DNA from: Acidobacteriota bacterium
GTDB lineage: Bacteria; Acidobacteriota; UBA890; WLXD01
DNA length: 64,000 nucleotides
Direction of reading: 5' to 3'
Assembly (NCBI GenBank): GCA_963666215.2
Contig: CAXWPL010000005.1
Location: forward strand, 480,001-544,000
Part shown: one piece after another, positions 41,731 to 52,615 of the stretch
Layout: every line of letters starts with the position of its first letter
Position numbering within the stretch: position 1 is the first letter of the stretch
The notes under the pieces: model-generated
What the model was told of the DNA's origin: nothing
The model's input: the letters and a program-made list of their open reading frames with translations, nothing else
Databases searched by the model: none
Program-made: the position numbers and the translations under genes

Positions 41731-42075
41731 ATGAACCTTACGCCTGAGTACACCGACACGTATTTGGAGCGGCTCGCCTCTCCGATCGAGAAGTTCGATC
41801 TCGATTCGTGCCGGCAGTTGTACCTATCGATCATCGAACTGGCCGTGCACGACTACCGCTTCCTGCAGCGCATGAAGAGCCAAGAGCAGACCTCTCGCTA
41901 CGATCGCAAGAAATTGCGTCAGATGACCGAGGACGGCGATCCGCGTGAGTTCTTCACCGGTCGCTGGTTCGAGCAGGTATGCGACTACATCGGCGTCAAG
42001 CCCGACCTGATCCGCGAGCGCCTGGCGCACGAGGATGAGGATCTGCCGATGAGCACAGAGGCGCTGGTCGCCTAG
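41731..42075 (+). CDS. Small helical hypothetical protein
   Basis: Clean ORF with AGGA upstream and a terminator downstream; pattern IIELAVHDY...FF.GRWFEQVC..IG..P..IR. Confidence 0.7.
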   Translation: MNLTPEYTDTYLERLASPIEKFDLDSCRQLYLSIIELAVHDYRFLQRMKSQEQTSRYDRKKLRQMTEDGDPREFFTGRWFEQVCDYIGVKPDLIRERLAHEDEDLPMSTEALVA

Positions 42076-42126
42076 GTAAGACCTGCGGACTGGCTCGCTG
42101 GAGCCGGCACGGAGCACGCAAATTCG

Positions 42127-42160
42127 AAGAGCCCGGCGGGAACCCTCCCGCCGGGCTCTT
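42127..42160. terminator. Intrinsic (probably bidirectional) terminator
   Basis: AAGAGCCCGGCGGGA-ACCC-TCCCGCCGGGCTCTT 15-bp stem between convergent genes. Confidence 0.8.
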
Positions 42161-42189
42161 TCGCGGCCCCTGGCAGACCGCAGCGAGCA

Positions 42190-43554
42190 CTACTGCTCGA
42201 TCATGCGGATCAGAAAGTCGATCGTCTCTTCGGAGTCGCTCATCGCCAAAGCCTGAACGATCCGCTTGCGCATCTCGGGGTCAGACTCGCGCTCGAATAG
42301 CTGGATGAGCGTCGAGGCCTCACCACGGCTCCAGAACACATGCAGGATCTGCGACCGCAGCTCCGTGTCGGTCTCGGTGCCGTAGAGCTCTAGAAGTTGC
42401 TCGGCGACGTCGGCTGTGGCCGCATCGTCGCCATGCGCAGCCATCGTCAATCCGCGCAACGCCGCGAGCCGCAACCGAGGCTCCGACTCCGTGCGAACAA
42501 TCTGCAACAGGCGGGTGGTGGCGCCACGAGAAAACATCGATTGCAGGATGACTTCCTTCACCTCGATGGAGCTCTCGCTCTCGTAGAGCGCCCAAAGATC
42601 CGACATCGCGTTGTCGGCGTCGCCCATCATCGCCATGGCGCGAATCGCCGCTGTGCGCAGCTCCACGTCGGTATCGTCGCGGGCAACCGCGAGAACTCGG
42701 TCCGGCGCGCCGGCCATCATGAAGCCCTGCAGAATCGCGCCCTTGATCTCTGCATCGCCACTAGCGGCGTAGATCTCCGCCATCACCTCAACGCCACGAT
42801 CCTGCCGAAACATGCCCAGATGGCGCAGCGCCCGCAGCTGCAGCTCTCGATTGTCGCCATTGCGCGCGATGTCGGCGGCGATGTCGAAGGCGCGCTCGGA
42901 GTTGCTCTGCATGAGCACGAACAGCGCGCGTTCCTTGAGCTCCACGGGATTGTCTTCGGAGAGCAAGCGCTCGAGCAGCGGCAGCGCCCGATCGCTGTCG
43001 ACGTGCATGAGCGTGTTGATAGCGTAGAGCCGCAGGTCGTCATCGTCCTCCTCGGCAACACCACCGGCCGCGCCAATGGTCTGCTCGATCTCCGCGCGCA
43101 GGTAGCGTGCGTCGTCGAGCCACCGACTCGCCGGGAAGCGTTGCTCGAGCTCGCGCAACGACGCAACGGCATCGGTTGGGCTGCCATTCTTCGAGTGCGC
43201 GAACGCGATCCAATAGAGCGCACCATCGGCACGCTCGTCCCCCTCCTCGAAGGCCGCACGAAACAACTCGATGGCCTCCTCCCAACGTTCGGCGTCGAGC
43301 TGGGAGGTGGCGAGCTCGTACGTAGTTTGAACCGCGCGCAGAGCCTCCCCTCCGCCCAACCAGGTACTACCCGTCGCCATGCCGGTGACGGCCATCGAGG
43401 ACGTGGCAGCTAGCAGGACGCCGACCAGCGCCAGCGCTAAAGTCCTGAGCGCCGTGGCCGACTTCGGGGCCTCTCGGGACTTTCGGAGCTGCCACGGCTT
43501 CAGGGTCATGGGTATCTGTCCTTTGTTCTCGGTCGACTCTGAGTTGAGCGTCAT
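42190..43554 (-). CDS. Exported TPR plus HEAT-repeat protein
   Basis: ADGALYW.A...FP.SRW.DDA motif followed by repeated E.D.ELR..A helices. Confidence 0.8.
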   Translation of the reverse strand: MTLNSESTENKGQIPMTLKPWQLRKSREAPKSATALRTLALALVGVLLAATSSMAVTGMATGSTWLGGGEALRAVQTTYELATSQLDAERWEEAIELFRAAFEEGDERADGALYWIAFAHSKNGSPTDAVASLRELEQRFPASRWLDDARYLRAEIEQTIGAAGGVAEEDDDDLRLYAINTLMHVDSDRALPLLERLLSEDNPVELKERALFVLMQSNSERAFDIAADIARNGDNRELQLRALRHLGMFRQDRGVEVMAEIYAASGDAEIKGAILQGFMMAGAPDRVLAVARDDTDVELRTAAIRAMAMMGDADNAMSDLWALYESESSIEVKEVILQSMFSRGATTRLLQIVRTESEPRLRLAALRGLTMAAHGDDAATADVAEQLLELYGTETDTELRSQILHVFWSRGEASTLIQLFERESDPEMRKRIVQALAMSDSEETIDFLIRMIEQ

Positions 43555-43682
43555 GGCGTCGTCTCGTCCTGTTGTTGAAGAAGCAAGGCTTCGGCGCCGA
43601 GTCTTCGACGGCGTGGTGAGTTGGTCGATTCAGGCGTGGGTGATTCGGTCGATTCCGTTGAGGGGGAAAGGGAGTTGGGTCA

Positions 43683-44567
43683 TCACATCGGCCCCGTTGG
43701 CGCTCGAGCACCAGCAGCGCCGACGGTTTGGCGATCGGCCCCGGCGCGCGCGACGCGCACCTTGAAGAGCAGGTCGCCCGATTCGATGCGCTGCTGCAAC
43801 CACGCCAGCCGCGACGGCCCCATCGCGGCAGGAGGCATGCGCGCCACCTCGAGGAGCACCAACTCGAGCTCCCCGAGCAGCTTCTCCAGAGCCTGGTGCT
43901 GCCCCAGTCGCGCGCTCTGCCGGTAAACGCGGTTATCAGCGACGAGCTCGGCGGCACGATCGACGAAGCGATTCAACGATTTGTCGGGAACGCCGTTGAC
44001 CAGCTCGGCGAGGACCACCTGTGAGCGATCGAGGTGCGCGGCCACCGTTTGCAGCAACACCGATGGCCCACCCTCGTCGGCAGGACGCCCGATCGGCGAA
44101 GGCAGCAGCCAACCCAGCACGAACGCTACCGCCACAACGGCGGCAGCCGCCGCGAGTGGCATGAGCGTCCGTCGGCGGAGCCAGTCCAGTTGTCGCCCAC
44201 GCCCGCCTCCCCGACTCAACGGTGGCGTTGGCCTCGGCCCCGGCCGGTTGGAATTGGCCGCTCGCGCGACGATCCCCCTCTGCAGCAGGTTGGAACGCTG
44301 TCGCTGCCAAATGCGGTCTTGCAAACCGACGTCGACCTCCGGGATCCCCTCGCTGGAGATCGTGGCGATCCACTCGAGTTGTCGATCGAGGCCAAGCGCG
44401 CGTTCTTGGCACCTCTCGCATTCCTGTAGATGCTCGGCCACGACTTGCCGATCGTCGGCGTCGCCAAGCCGGCTGAGCACCAGCTGGCGCTCGCTCAGAT
44501 GCCCGGCCGGCGCCTCACCGAGCCCGACCCGGTCGTCCTCGACCTGCTCACGAATACGATCACTCAT
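43683..44567 (-). CDS. Zinc-finger anti-sigma factor
   Basis: HLQECERC (HxxxCxxC) and a single TM helix; coupled to the ECF sigma. Confidence 0.8.
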   Translation of the reverse strand: MSDRIREQVEDDRVGLGEAPAGHLSERQLVLSRLGDADDRQVVAEHLQECERCQERALGLDRQLEWIATISSEGIPEVDVGLQDRIWQRQRSNLLQRGIVARAANSNRPGPRPTPPLSRGGGRGRQLDWLRRRTLMPLAAAAAVVAVAFVLGWLLPSPIGRPADEGGPSVLLQTVAAHLDRSQVVLAELVNGVPDKSLNRFVDRAAELVADNRVYRQSARLGQHQALEKLLGELELVLLEVARMPPAAMGPSRLAWLQQRIESGDLLFKVRVARAGADRQTVGAAGARAPTGPM

Positions 44568-45170
44568 CGGGCTTCTGTCGCCAGCGGCTGCAACCGTTCG
44601 CGGAGCTTGCGCACGGCTCGGAAAATCGTGTTCTTCACCGCGTTGTCGCTGCTCTCGAGCACGGCGCCAATTTCGCGAATCGACATCCCCTGCTGATGGC
44701 GCAGCACAAAGGCGGTCCTCTCGGTGGGGCTCAGGAGTTCCATGGCATGCAGAACCCGGTCACCGACCTCGGTGCCAAAGGGCAACCCGTTCGGGGCCGG
44801 CCGCCGGGCTTGGGACGCTTTGCAGGAGCCCCAGCGCTGTCGGAAGGCCACCCTTCTCATCGCCGGCCGACACCTCGCGCACTCGACGGGGCCCTTCGTG
44901 GCGGTCACGCCGGCGCAGAAAATCGATGGCGCAGTTGCTAGTGACCCGGTGCAGCCAGGTGCCGAACCGTGCCTCCGCGCGGAACTCGGGCAACTTCTGA
45001 AAGGCTCGCAGAAAGGCTTCTTGCACCACTTCCTCCGCGTCTTCCGGACGCCGTGTGATTCGAAACGCGAGCGCGTAGACACGTCGTGCGTGCCGCTCCA
45101 CGAGCAGCCGAAACGCCTCTTCGTCGCCGGCCTGAGCACGAACAACGATGTCGGTTTCATTCGCGTCCAT
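44564..45170 (-). pseudogene. ECF RNA polymerase sigma factor, frameshifted near 44780
   Basis: Region 2 (DAEEVVQEAFLRAF, F.TWL.RV..N..ID) in one frame; region 4 (LSP.ER.AFVLRH..G.SIREI...VKN.IFRA..KLR) in another. Confidence 0.88.
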
Positions 45171-45409
45171 CGCTACCTTCTACGACGAAGCTCATCGATC
45201 CACGGTTAGCCGAGCGTCGCACGGTTCTATCCCGGAGCGCCATCTCGCAATCTGATAGCGAGATCTCTGAAACCTCCGCTGCGTCGCCGCGTACTAACCA
45301 TTCAGACGTTGCCAAGCCCGCGAGGACAACAAACAATGGCCTTGGCGCAGGCGGCGTACGAAGACAGCGTTTCTATTTCATGCATCAGCGTCCCAACCGG
45401 GAGAGAACC

Positions 45410-45976
45410 ATGCGCAAATCCCTCGCTGCAGCCGCACTCGTCGCAACCCTGCTGTGGTCCGGCGCCGCCGCCGCCCAGACGTCATGGATCCATGTTCGAG
45501 TGATGCAAGACGACGGTGCCAAGGTCAACGTCAACCTGCCGATGTCGCTGATCGAGGTCGCGCTCGACATCGCCGGCAAGGAGATCATGAAAGAGGGCCA
45601 TCACATGCGGTTCGGCGATCACTCCGACGTCGACCTCGAAGACATCCGCCGCATCTGGAGCGAGCTGCGCGAATCGGGTGATGCCGAGTACGTCAACGCC
45701 GTCGACGGCGACGACCACGTGCGCATCTTCCGCGAGGGCGATCGGGTTTCGATTCACGTCGACGACACCGGCAGCGACGCGGCGGACAATGCGAAGGTTC
45801 GCATCGAAGTGCCCTTCTCCATTGTCGACGTGCTCCTGCAGGGCGAAGGTGACGAGCTCAATCTCGGCGGTGCGATCCGCGAGCTCGCCAACGCCGATTT
45901 GGGTAGCCTGGTCAGCATCCGCGACGACGAGACCGAGGTCGATGTCTGGATCGACAACAACAGCAGCCAGAACTGA
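45410..45976 (+). CDS. Secreted hypothetical protein with internal V.VN/IP repeat
   Basis: Signal peptide ending AAA-Q; KVNVNLPMSL / KVRIEVPFSI repeat. Confidence 0.7.
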   Translation: MRKSLAAAALVATLLWSGAAAAQTSWIHVRVMQDDGAKVNVNLPMSLIEVALDIAGKEIMKEGHHMRFGDHSDVDLEDIRRIWSELRESGDAEYVNAVDGDDHVRIFREGDRVSIHVDDTGSDAADNAKVRIEVPFSIVDVLLQGEGDELNLGGAIRELANADLGSLVSIRDDETEVDVWIDNNSSQN

Positions 45977-45985
45977 GGCGGCATC

Positions 45986-46504
45986 ATGATGAAGCTTCTT
46001 GCACTCACGCTGATCCCGGTCGCGCTGGTTGGCGGTGTCGTGGCGAACTCCTCGGTGCTGCTGGTCGATGTCAACGACGGTGACACGCACATCTTCGTGC
46101 CGGTACCCTTGTCACTGGCGCAGGTGGCCCTGGCTTTCGCTCCCGACGCGGTTAAGCGGATCCAGGTACCCGAGCTTGCGGAGTACATTCCGCATCTCGA
46201 GCGCGTGATCCAGGAACTGCGGGACGCACCCGACGCAGTGTTCGTTACGGTGGAAGACGGCAACGACTTCGTCACCGTCACCAAAGTAGGCGACCTGCTC
46301 AAGGTCAGCGTCATCGGCGGACGCAACGAGAAGGTCGATGTCTCGATCCCGATGGCGGCCCTGACCGCGATGCTGAATGCCTATGACGCCGAAGAGGGCT
46401 ACTTCCGCACCTCCAAGCTGGTCGGCGCCCTGCGCGCCGCTCCCAGCGGCCAGTTGGTGCACGTGCTCGATGGCAACGAGGAGGTCAGCGTCCGCATGTG
46501 GTAG
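45986..46504 (+). CDS. Secreted hypothetical protein similar in pattern to the upstream gene
   Basis: HIFVPVPLSL / KVDVSIPMAA repeat; GAGG RBS. Confidence 0.7.
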   Translation: MMKLLALTLIPVALVGGVVANSSVLLVDVNDGDTHIFVPVPLSLAQVALAFAPDAVKRIQVPELAEYIPHLERVIQELRDAPDAVFVTVEDGNDFVTVTKVGDLLKVSVIGGRNEKVDVSIPMAALTAMLNAYDAEEGYFRTSKLVGALRAAPSGQLVHVLDGNEEVSVRMW

Positions 46505-46552
46505 GCGCCGGCAGCTCGGAGATGAGCTGCTGAGACCGAAGAGCGGCTATTT

Positions 46553-46583
46553 CGGGCCCCGGGAAGAGCCTTCCCGGGGCCCG
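46553..46583. terminator. GC-rich hairpin, putative terminator
   Basis: CGGGCCCCGGGAAG-AGC-CTTCCCGGGGCCCG perfect 14-bp stem after the two-gene operon. Confidence 0.65.
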
Positions 46584-49061
46584 TTGTACGTTGTGCCGCC
46601 GCCCATCCGTTATACGTTAGGGCCATGTTGAATCCGAGGCTCACCGTCCGCGCCGCCGCGTCGCTCGCCACACTCCTGGTGGTGGCCGGTTGCGCCGCCA
46701 ACAACGACGTCGCATTCGACTTCGCGGCCTCGTTCGATCTGGCCGAAGCGTCGATCGAGACCGAGCTCATCGATATCGGCTCCGCGGCGGCGCGCCCCTA
46801 CATGCCGATCGGATGGACATCCGATGACGAACGCTGGGCCGGACGAGCCGATCGCACCTTTGTGTGGAACAGCGGCGAGTATTCGGTGGTCCGTTTCTTC
46901 GTCTTCGAGCCGCGCGACGTGCCCGTCGAGATGGTCGGCTGGCCCAACCCCCAAAGCCCGCCGCTGCAGCAGATCCAACTGGTGGTCAACGGTTCGCCGC
47001 TGACGCGCATCGAGCCGCTGCCGGGGAGTCAGACCTACCACACGACGATCCCCTCCCGCATTCTTCGCGCCGGCGAGAACACGCTGGCGTTCGAGTACAC
47101 GCAAGGAGCGTCACGCGGCCGTATCGAGGGCCCCGGCCGTGGAAGCCGGCGCTTCGCCTGGGATCGTGTCGCCTTCTCCGACGCCGTCGCCACCGCGCTG
47201 CCGCGCGCCGATCTCGGAACCCAACCTGCGCTCCTGCTGCCGCGATCATCCGAGGCCAACTACTTTCTGCGCTGGCCACGGGGCGCGCATCTGACAATCG
47301 ACTCGGTGCGACCATTCGGGCCTCCGCTGAGCGGCTCGAGCGGACGTCTGACGATCGTCGCCGACCTCGTTGGCGGCGACTTCCGATCGATCAAGCTGGC
47401 AGAAGTTGACGTCGCCGTCAACCACGGGTCGCTCGAGCTCCAGCTGCCCGCGGACGCCTGGGATTCCGATGGCGACCCTACAGATCACGCCGAGGCTCGC
47501 ATCACGTTTCGCCTCGAGCCCCCGGCAGATCTCGATGCGCGTGCCCGCATGAATGAGGAGTCGGGCGGGGTCCTGCTCGAGCGGCCGATGTTGAACGGCG
47601 CCGCCGCGCCGATCCTGGACCGCAGCGCTCCGTCACTGCCGTGGGCGGACGGGGATGGAAGCACGCCTCCCAACATCATTGTCTATCTGGTGGACACGCT
47701 ACGCGCCGACCACCTGGGTGCCTACGGCTATCCCGTTCCGACCTCGCCGAACATCGATGCGTTTGCCGCCGACGCCGTGCTGTTCGAGCGCGCGATGGCG
47801 CAGTCCGCCTGGACCCGTACCTCGATTGCGTCGATCTTCACAGGGCTGTACCCACGCTCGCACGACATCAACGGGCGTAACGACTCTCTTCCCGACAACA
47901 CCGCCACGATGGCGCAGCGGCTGCGCGACGCCGGCTATGTGACGGCTGGATTCACCACCAACGGCAATGTGTCGTCGCACTTCGGGTTCGATATCGGCTT
48001 CGACGACTACGTCCACCTGCGCGAAACCAAGACCGCGGAGATCCATCAGCTCTCCGACGCCCTCAACGAGCAGGCCTTCGATTGGCTGCGGCGACGGCCG
48101 CCCGACACACCCTTCTTTCTGTATCTACATGCCACCGACCCGCACGCGCCGTACGAACCGCGGGAGCCGTTCCGTGAGCGCTTCGCGTCGAATCTGAACT
48201 TCCCCGGCCTGTCGAAACCGCGCGAGATCGGCGGGCGCGTTGCGGCCGGAGAGCGCGAGGACGCCCGGCTTCTGGTCCGCGACGACTTCGTCAAGCTCTA
48301 CGACGCGGAGATCGCCTTCAACGACATGCACTTCGGCCGCCTGCTCGACCATCTTCGCGCCGAGGGCCTCTACGACAACACGATCATCGTGCTCGTCTCG
48401 GATCACGGCGAGGAGTTCTACGACCACCGCAACTGGGAACACGGCAAGTCGCTCTACGAAGAACAGTTGCACGTGCCTCTGATCGTCCGGTTTCCCGGTA
48501 GCTGGGAAGCCGGGCGACGAGTCTCGGAGCTCGCCGAGCACATCGACATCCTGCCGACCCTGCTCGAAGCGATCGGGCGCGCTGACGCGACCACGCAGGC
48601 CGACTTCGACCCAGCAACAGGCCTCGACGGCACGATGAGGCTACCTGGTAAGAGCTTGCTCGCGGCGGCCGTGCGGGCGGGCGCAAACGGGCAGACCACG
48701 GACAGCCGACCCGCGCTTCCCTACCTCGATCTGGATGGGCGCAACTTCGACGCCATCGTGACCGACCGCTTCACGCTGGTCCGCCACTACCCGATCCGAG
48801 GAGCGGGGAACCTAGAGCTCTACGACCTGGTGGCAGACCCGTCGCAGCAGCACAACTTGGCGATTGCGCGCCCTGCGCTTCGCGGCTACCTGCTGAACCT
48901 ACTGCGCGACGCGACGGAGCTGCAAAGCCACCTGATGACCGCCGGTGAAGGGCGCGCCGACCCGGAGCTTCGAGAACGACTGCGCCCTCTCTGCCAACGT
49001 GGGGTGAGACGATGGAGGTTGGATAATTACTGAGGAAGAGGGCGAGGTCGGAGACACAAGA

Positions 49062-49553
49062 ATGTCGGAGTTGAGCAACAACGGTGCAGGAGACCACGAG
49101 GCCACCGGACGTCCGGTGCAGGGAGCCGGAGGCGACCGAAAGCGGACGTCGCGCGAGCCCGCGGTCCCGGCCCCCGACCCCCAGTTGGTCGAGCGATCAC
49201 GGCGCCGCAAGTTCACCGCCGAGTACAAGGTCCGGGTGGTGCGCGAGGCGGACGGGTGCTCGAAGCCCGGCGAGGTCGGCGCGCTGCTGCGGCGCGAGGG
49301 GCTGTACTCGTCGCATCTGTCGGTGTGGCGCAAGCAGCGTGACGCCGGGGCATTGGTGGCGCTGGCTAAGCTACGCGGCCGGCCGGCGCCCGATCCCCGA
49401 GACGCGCAGCTTGCCAACCTGCGTCGCCGAGCCGAGCGGGCCGAGGCGGAGCTCGAGAAGGCACGGCGAGTAATCGAGGTGCAGGGAAACGTCTCCGCGC
49501 TTCTGGGAGAGCTGCTCGAGCCCAGGGGCGCCAACGCGACTACCAAGCGATGA
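49062..49553 (+). CDS. IS3-family transposase OrfA
   Basis: RRRKFTAEYK, GEVGALLRREGLYSSHL..WRKQ. Confidence 0.9.
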   Translation: MSELSNNGAGDHEATGRPVQGAGGDRKRTSREPAVPAPDPQLVERSRRRKFTAEYKVRVVREADGCSKPGEVGALLRREGLYSSHLSVWRKQRDAGALVALAKLRGRPAPDPRDAQLANLRRRAERAEAELEKARRVIEVQGNVSALLGELLEPRGANATTKR

Positions 49554-50555
49554 TCGAGCAGACCGTCGAACAACTCACTCCCATCATCGGGACTCGCCCG
49601 GCGTGCCGGACGCTGGGCGCCTCGCACGCGACGATCTACCGCCGCCGTCGGCCGCCTGCGCGCCGACCGAGCCGTCCGCGGCCCAAGCCGGCGAGGGCGC
49701 TGTCGGAGCCTGAACGTCACGAGGTGCTCGCCGAGTTGCATAGTGAGCGCTTCGTCGACTGCGCTCCTGCCCAGGTATGGGCGACGCTGCTGGACGAAGG
49801 CCGCTACCTGGCATCGGAGCGCACGATGTACCGGATCCTCGCCGCCCAGGGCGAGGGCGGCGAGCGGCGCAACCAGCTCGTGCACCCGCCCTACAACAAG
49901 CCCGAGCTGCTCGCCGAGCGAGTCAATGAGGTGTGGTCGTGGGACATATCCAAACTGCGAGGCCCTGCCAAGTGGACCTACTTCTACCTGTACGTCATCC
50001 TCGACGTGTTCAGCCGCTACGTGGTGGGCTGGACTCTCCAGCACCGCGAGAGCGGTCCCTTGGCCGAGCAGCTCATCGACCAGGCGCTGCTCCAGCAACG
50101 CATCGGACCTGATCAGCTCACCATCCACGCCGACCGCGGCAGCTCGATGACCTCCAAGCCGGTCGCCTTCCTGCTCGCCGATCTCGGGGTCACCAAGACA
50201 CACTCGCGGCCCTACACCTCGTCGGACAATCCCTACTCGGAGGCCCACTTCAGGACGCTCAAGTACCGACCCGAGTTCCCTGCTCGCTTCGAGTCGATCG
50301 AACACGCCCGTCTCTTTTGCCGCATGTTCTTCCACTGGTACAACCACCAGCATCGCCACTCGGGCATCGGCCTGATGACTCCGGCGACGGTGCAGTATGG
50401 GCTCGCCCAGCAGACCCGCGACCGGCGTGCCGAAGTCCTGCTGGCCGCCTACCGGGCGCGACCTGAGCGCTTCGTCAACCACCCAACCCAGCCCGCCGGC
50501 GATCCCCACCGCCGTCTGGATCAACAAGCCTGCCACCCTCGAGAATGCTCACTAA
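49550..50555 (+). CDS. IS3-family transposase OrfB (DDE), probable frameshift near 50490
   Basis: WSWDI.KL, DVFSRYVVGW, HADRGSSM, DNPYSEA.F.TLKY; the expected terminus PTAVWINKP is in another frame. Confidence 0.88.
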
Positions 50556-50639
50556 TTACTCGTGACCACCGTCTCATCCGCGTTGACAGGCACCGGCGCG
50601 CTCTGGGTTACGTGCAGTAACAATCGCCTGCGGCTGCCG

Positions 50640-52046
50640 GGGATGTCACAGGCTCCGTTGAAAAAGGGTGACGGTGATCCGACCTCGATAGTGTGTCGGG
50701 GTCAATCCACTGGCATGGAGGATCACCGTCATGAGCAAGAGTCGCAGAACAGAGACAAGTAGGAAAGCGGAGCGCCAAGAGAACCCGCTCCTGGAGGCAG
50801 TGGTAGCGGCGCGATCGGATCTACGAGCGCTGGTCATGGACGCGGGCTTCGGGGTGTTGGGTTCGCTGCTGGAAGAAGACCGGGCGGAGCTCTGCGGAGA
50901 GCGCTACGCGCGGTCACAGCAGCGGCGGGCGTACCGACACGGCTACGACGAGGGCTCGCTGGTGATGGGCGGCCGGCGGGTCAAGGTACGCAAGCCGCGG
51001 GCTCGGAGCGTCGATGGCCAAGAGCTGCCGCTGCCGCACTGGGAGAGGTTCAAGGCAACAGATCCGCTCGAAGAGCGCGCCGTAGAGCAGATCCTGTGCG
51101 GCGTCACGACGCGCAAGTACGAGCGCTCGTTAGAGCGGCTCGACGACGGGCGAGCTTCGTCGGGAACGAGTCGCTCGAGTGTGTCGCGGCGGTTCGTAGC
51201 GCGTACAGCCAAGCAGGTGCAGCAGTACCTGGCCCAACCGCTCAATGAAGTGGACCTGCCGGTGCTGGTGATCGACGGCACGCACATGGGCAAGCACTTG
51301 TTGGTGATCGCCATGGGCATCGACGCGGACGGCGTCAAGCATGTGCTGGGTGTCGTAGAGGGCACCACGGAGAGCTCCCACGTGTGCCGGTCGCTGCTGC
51401 GGCAGTTGATCGAGCGCGGCATGCCCGTCGAACGGGCGCGGTTGGTGGTAATCGATGGCTCCAAGGGCCTCCGTAAAGCAGTGCGCGACACGTTCGGCGA
51501 GTGGGCCCTGATCCAGCGCTGCCGTGTCCACAAGATCAAGAATGTATTGGAGCATCTGCCAGGGCATATCCGGCCCTGGTTCGCAGCCAAGATCCGCAAG
51601 GCGTGGAAGGCGGAGACGGCCACGGCAGCGACCAAGCAGCTCGACGCCGTGGTCAAGGAGCTGGAGACCGATCACCCCGGTGCAGCGGCCTCGCTCAGAG
51701 AAGGAATGCAAGAGACGCTCACCGTCACTCGGCTCCGAGTTCAGGGGCCGCTGCTTCGGACGTTACGTTCAACGAATACGATCGAGAACCTGAACGGGAC
51801 GATCAAACACGTCAGCCGCAACGTAAAGCGGTGGCGCTCCGGGAGCATGATCGTTCGATGGGCGGTTACTGCACTCATCGAGGCCGAGAGCAAGTTCCGG
51901 AGGGTTCGTGGCTACCGCGACATCGCCAAGCTCGATGCCGCACTCAACACCGCCGTCGACGTTCCCCTTGAGCAGGAGCGCCGTACTGCGTAACAATCCC
52001 CAACCACTTCACCGTCGCCTTAGTTCAACGGACGGTGGGACATCCC
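50640..52046 (+). mobile_element. IS256-family insertion sequence (about 1407 bp)
   Basis: 38-bp imperfect IRs beginning GGGATGTC; no flanking duplication visible. Confidence 0.9.
50731..51993 (+). CDS. IS256-family transposase
   Basis: IDG, VIDGSKGL, QRCRVHK..N, STN.IE.LN. Confidence 0.93.
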   Translation: MSKSRRTETSRKAERQENPLLEAVVAARSDLRALVMDAGFGVLGSLLEEDRAELCGERYARSQQRRAYRHGYDEGSLVMGGRRVKVRKPRARSVDGQELPLPHWERFKATDPLEERAVEQILCGVTTRKYERSLERLDDGRASSGTSRSSVSRRFVARTAKQVQQYLAQPLNEVDLPVLVIDGTHMGKHLLVIAMGIDADGVKHVLGVVEGTTESSHVCRSLLRQLIERGMPVERARLVVIDGSKGLRKAVRDTFGEWALIQRCRVHKIKNVLEHLPGHIRPWFAAKIRKAWKAETATAATKQLDAVVKELETDHPGAAASLREGMQETLTVTRLRVQGPLLRTLRSTNTIENLNGTIKHVSRNVKRWRSGSMIVRWAVTALIEAESKFRRVRGYRDIAKLDAALNTAVDVPLEQERRTA

Positions 52047-52156
52047 CCCCGTGGGAGGGTCCCGGTAACCCACTGAAACAGCAGGAGTTACCCATTTACC
52101 CCTAGATCCCGCTGCCGGCGTTAGGGGTGTAACGCGAGCCATACGCGAGCGGATGC

Positions 52157-52615
52157 TCATTTCTTGGGCTGCTTGATGTGGTGCCGAGCGCTGCCAACCT
52201 GGAACCGGGCGCGGCGCTTCTTGCCCGTGTCGTTGGCAAAGACCCGGTACATCACCTCGCTGTCGCCGCTGCCCTTCTTGGGCGCAGCAACTTCACCCAT
52301 GAGGTGTCGCCGGGTCCAGGTACCCTGGCCTTCCAGGCGCAGCCGTCCGGAGCCATCACCATCGCCTCGAACTTGCCTCCGGCCTTGTCGGTCTTCTGGG
52401 CCCCAGGCGCCAGCGCAAACGTGCAGGGGCTAAACACGTACGCCGAGCCGGAGTTGGAACCACCGTCATCGTTGCCAAGGGCCCCCACCGCAGCCATGTC
52501 GCCAGAAATCGACACCGAGGAGCCGAGGGCGTCGCCGCCCGCCGCGTCCGAGGCCGTGAGCTTTTCCACCTCACCCCAGTTGTCCGCTCCACCCTCATTG
52601 CGGTCGAACACAAAC
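52157..52615 (-). pseudogene. 3' remnant of an FG-GAP repeat plus BACON-like surface protein
   Basis: KLTASD...GD.LG.SV.ISGD..AVGA..NDD.G.NSGSAYVF, then CTFAL.P...GC.W.A...SW; frameshift near 52280; no 5' part. Confidence 0.7.

Larger units (their letters stand above)
48986..50595 (+). mobile_element. IS3-family insertion sequence (about 1610 bp)
   Basis: Imperfect IRs (CTGCCAACGTGGGGTGAGACGATGG / CTGTCAACGCGGATGAGACGGTGG); GCGC duplication at 48982-48985 and 50596-50599. Confidence 0.88.
46625..50620 (+). pseudogene. Sulfatase-like lipoprotein interrupted by IS3 in its last 7 codons
   Basis: VAGC lipobox; PNII..LVDTLRADHLG, SAWTRTS..S.FTG, DPHAPY, SDHGEEF..H...EHG. C-terminus LRERLR|ALGYVQ* is split by the IS. 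Confidence 0.85.

Noticed and set aside
48899-50536. 545-aa minus-strand ORF and similar long antisense ORFs (27853-29202, 25223-26389, 3426-4685)
   Set aside because: Antisense shadows of well-supported genes, common in high-GC DNA.
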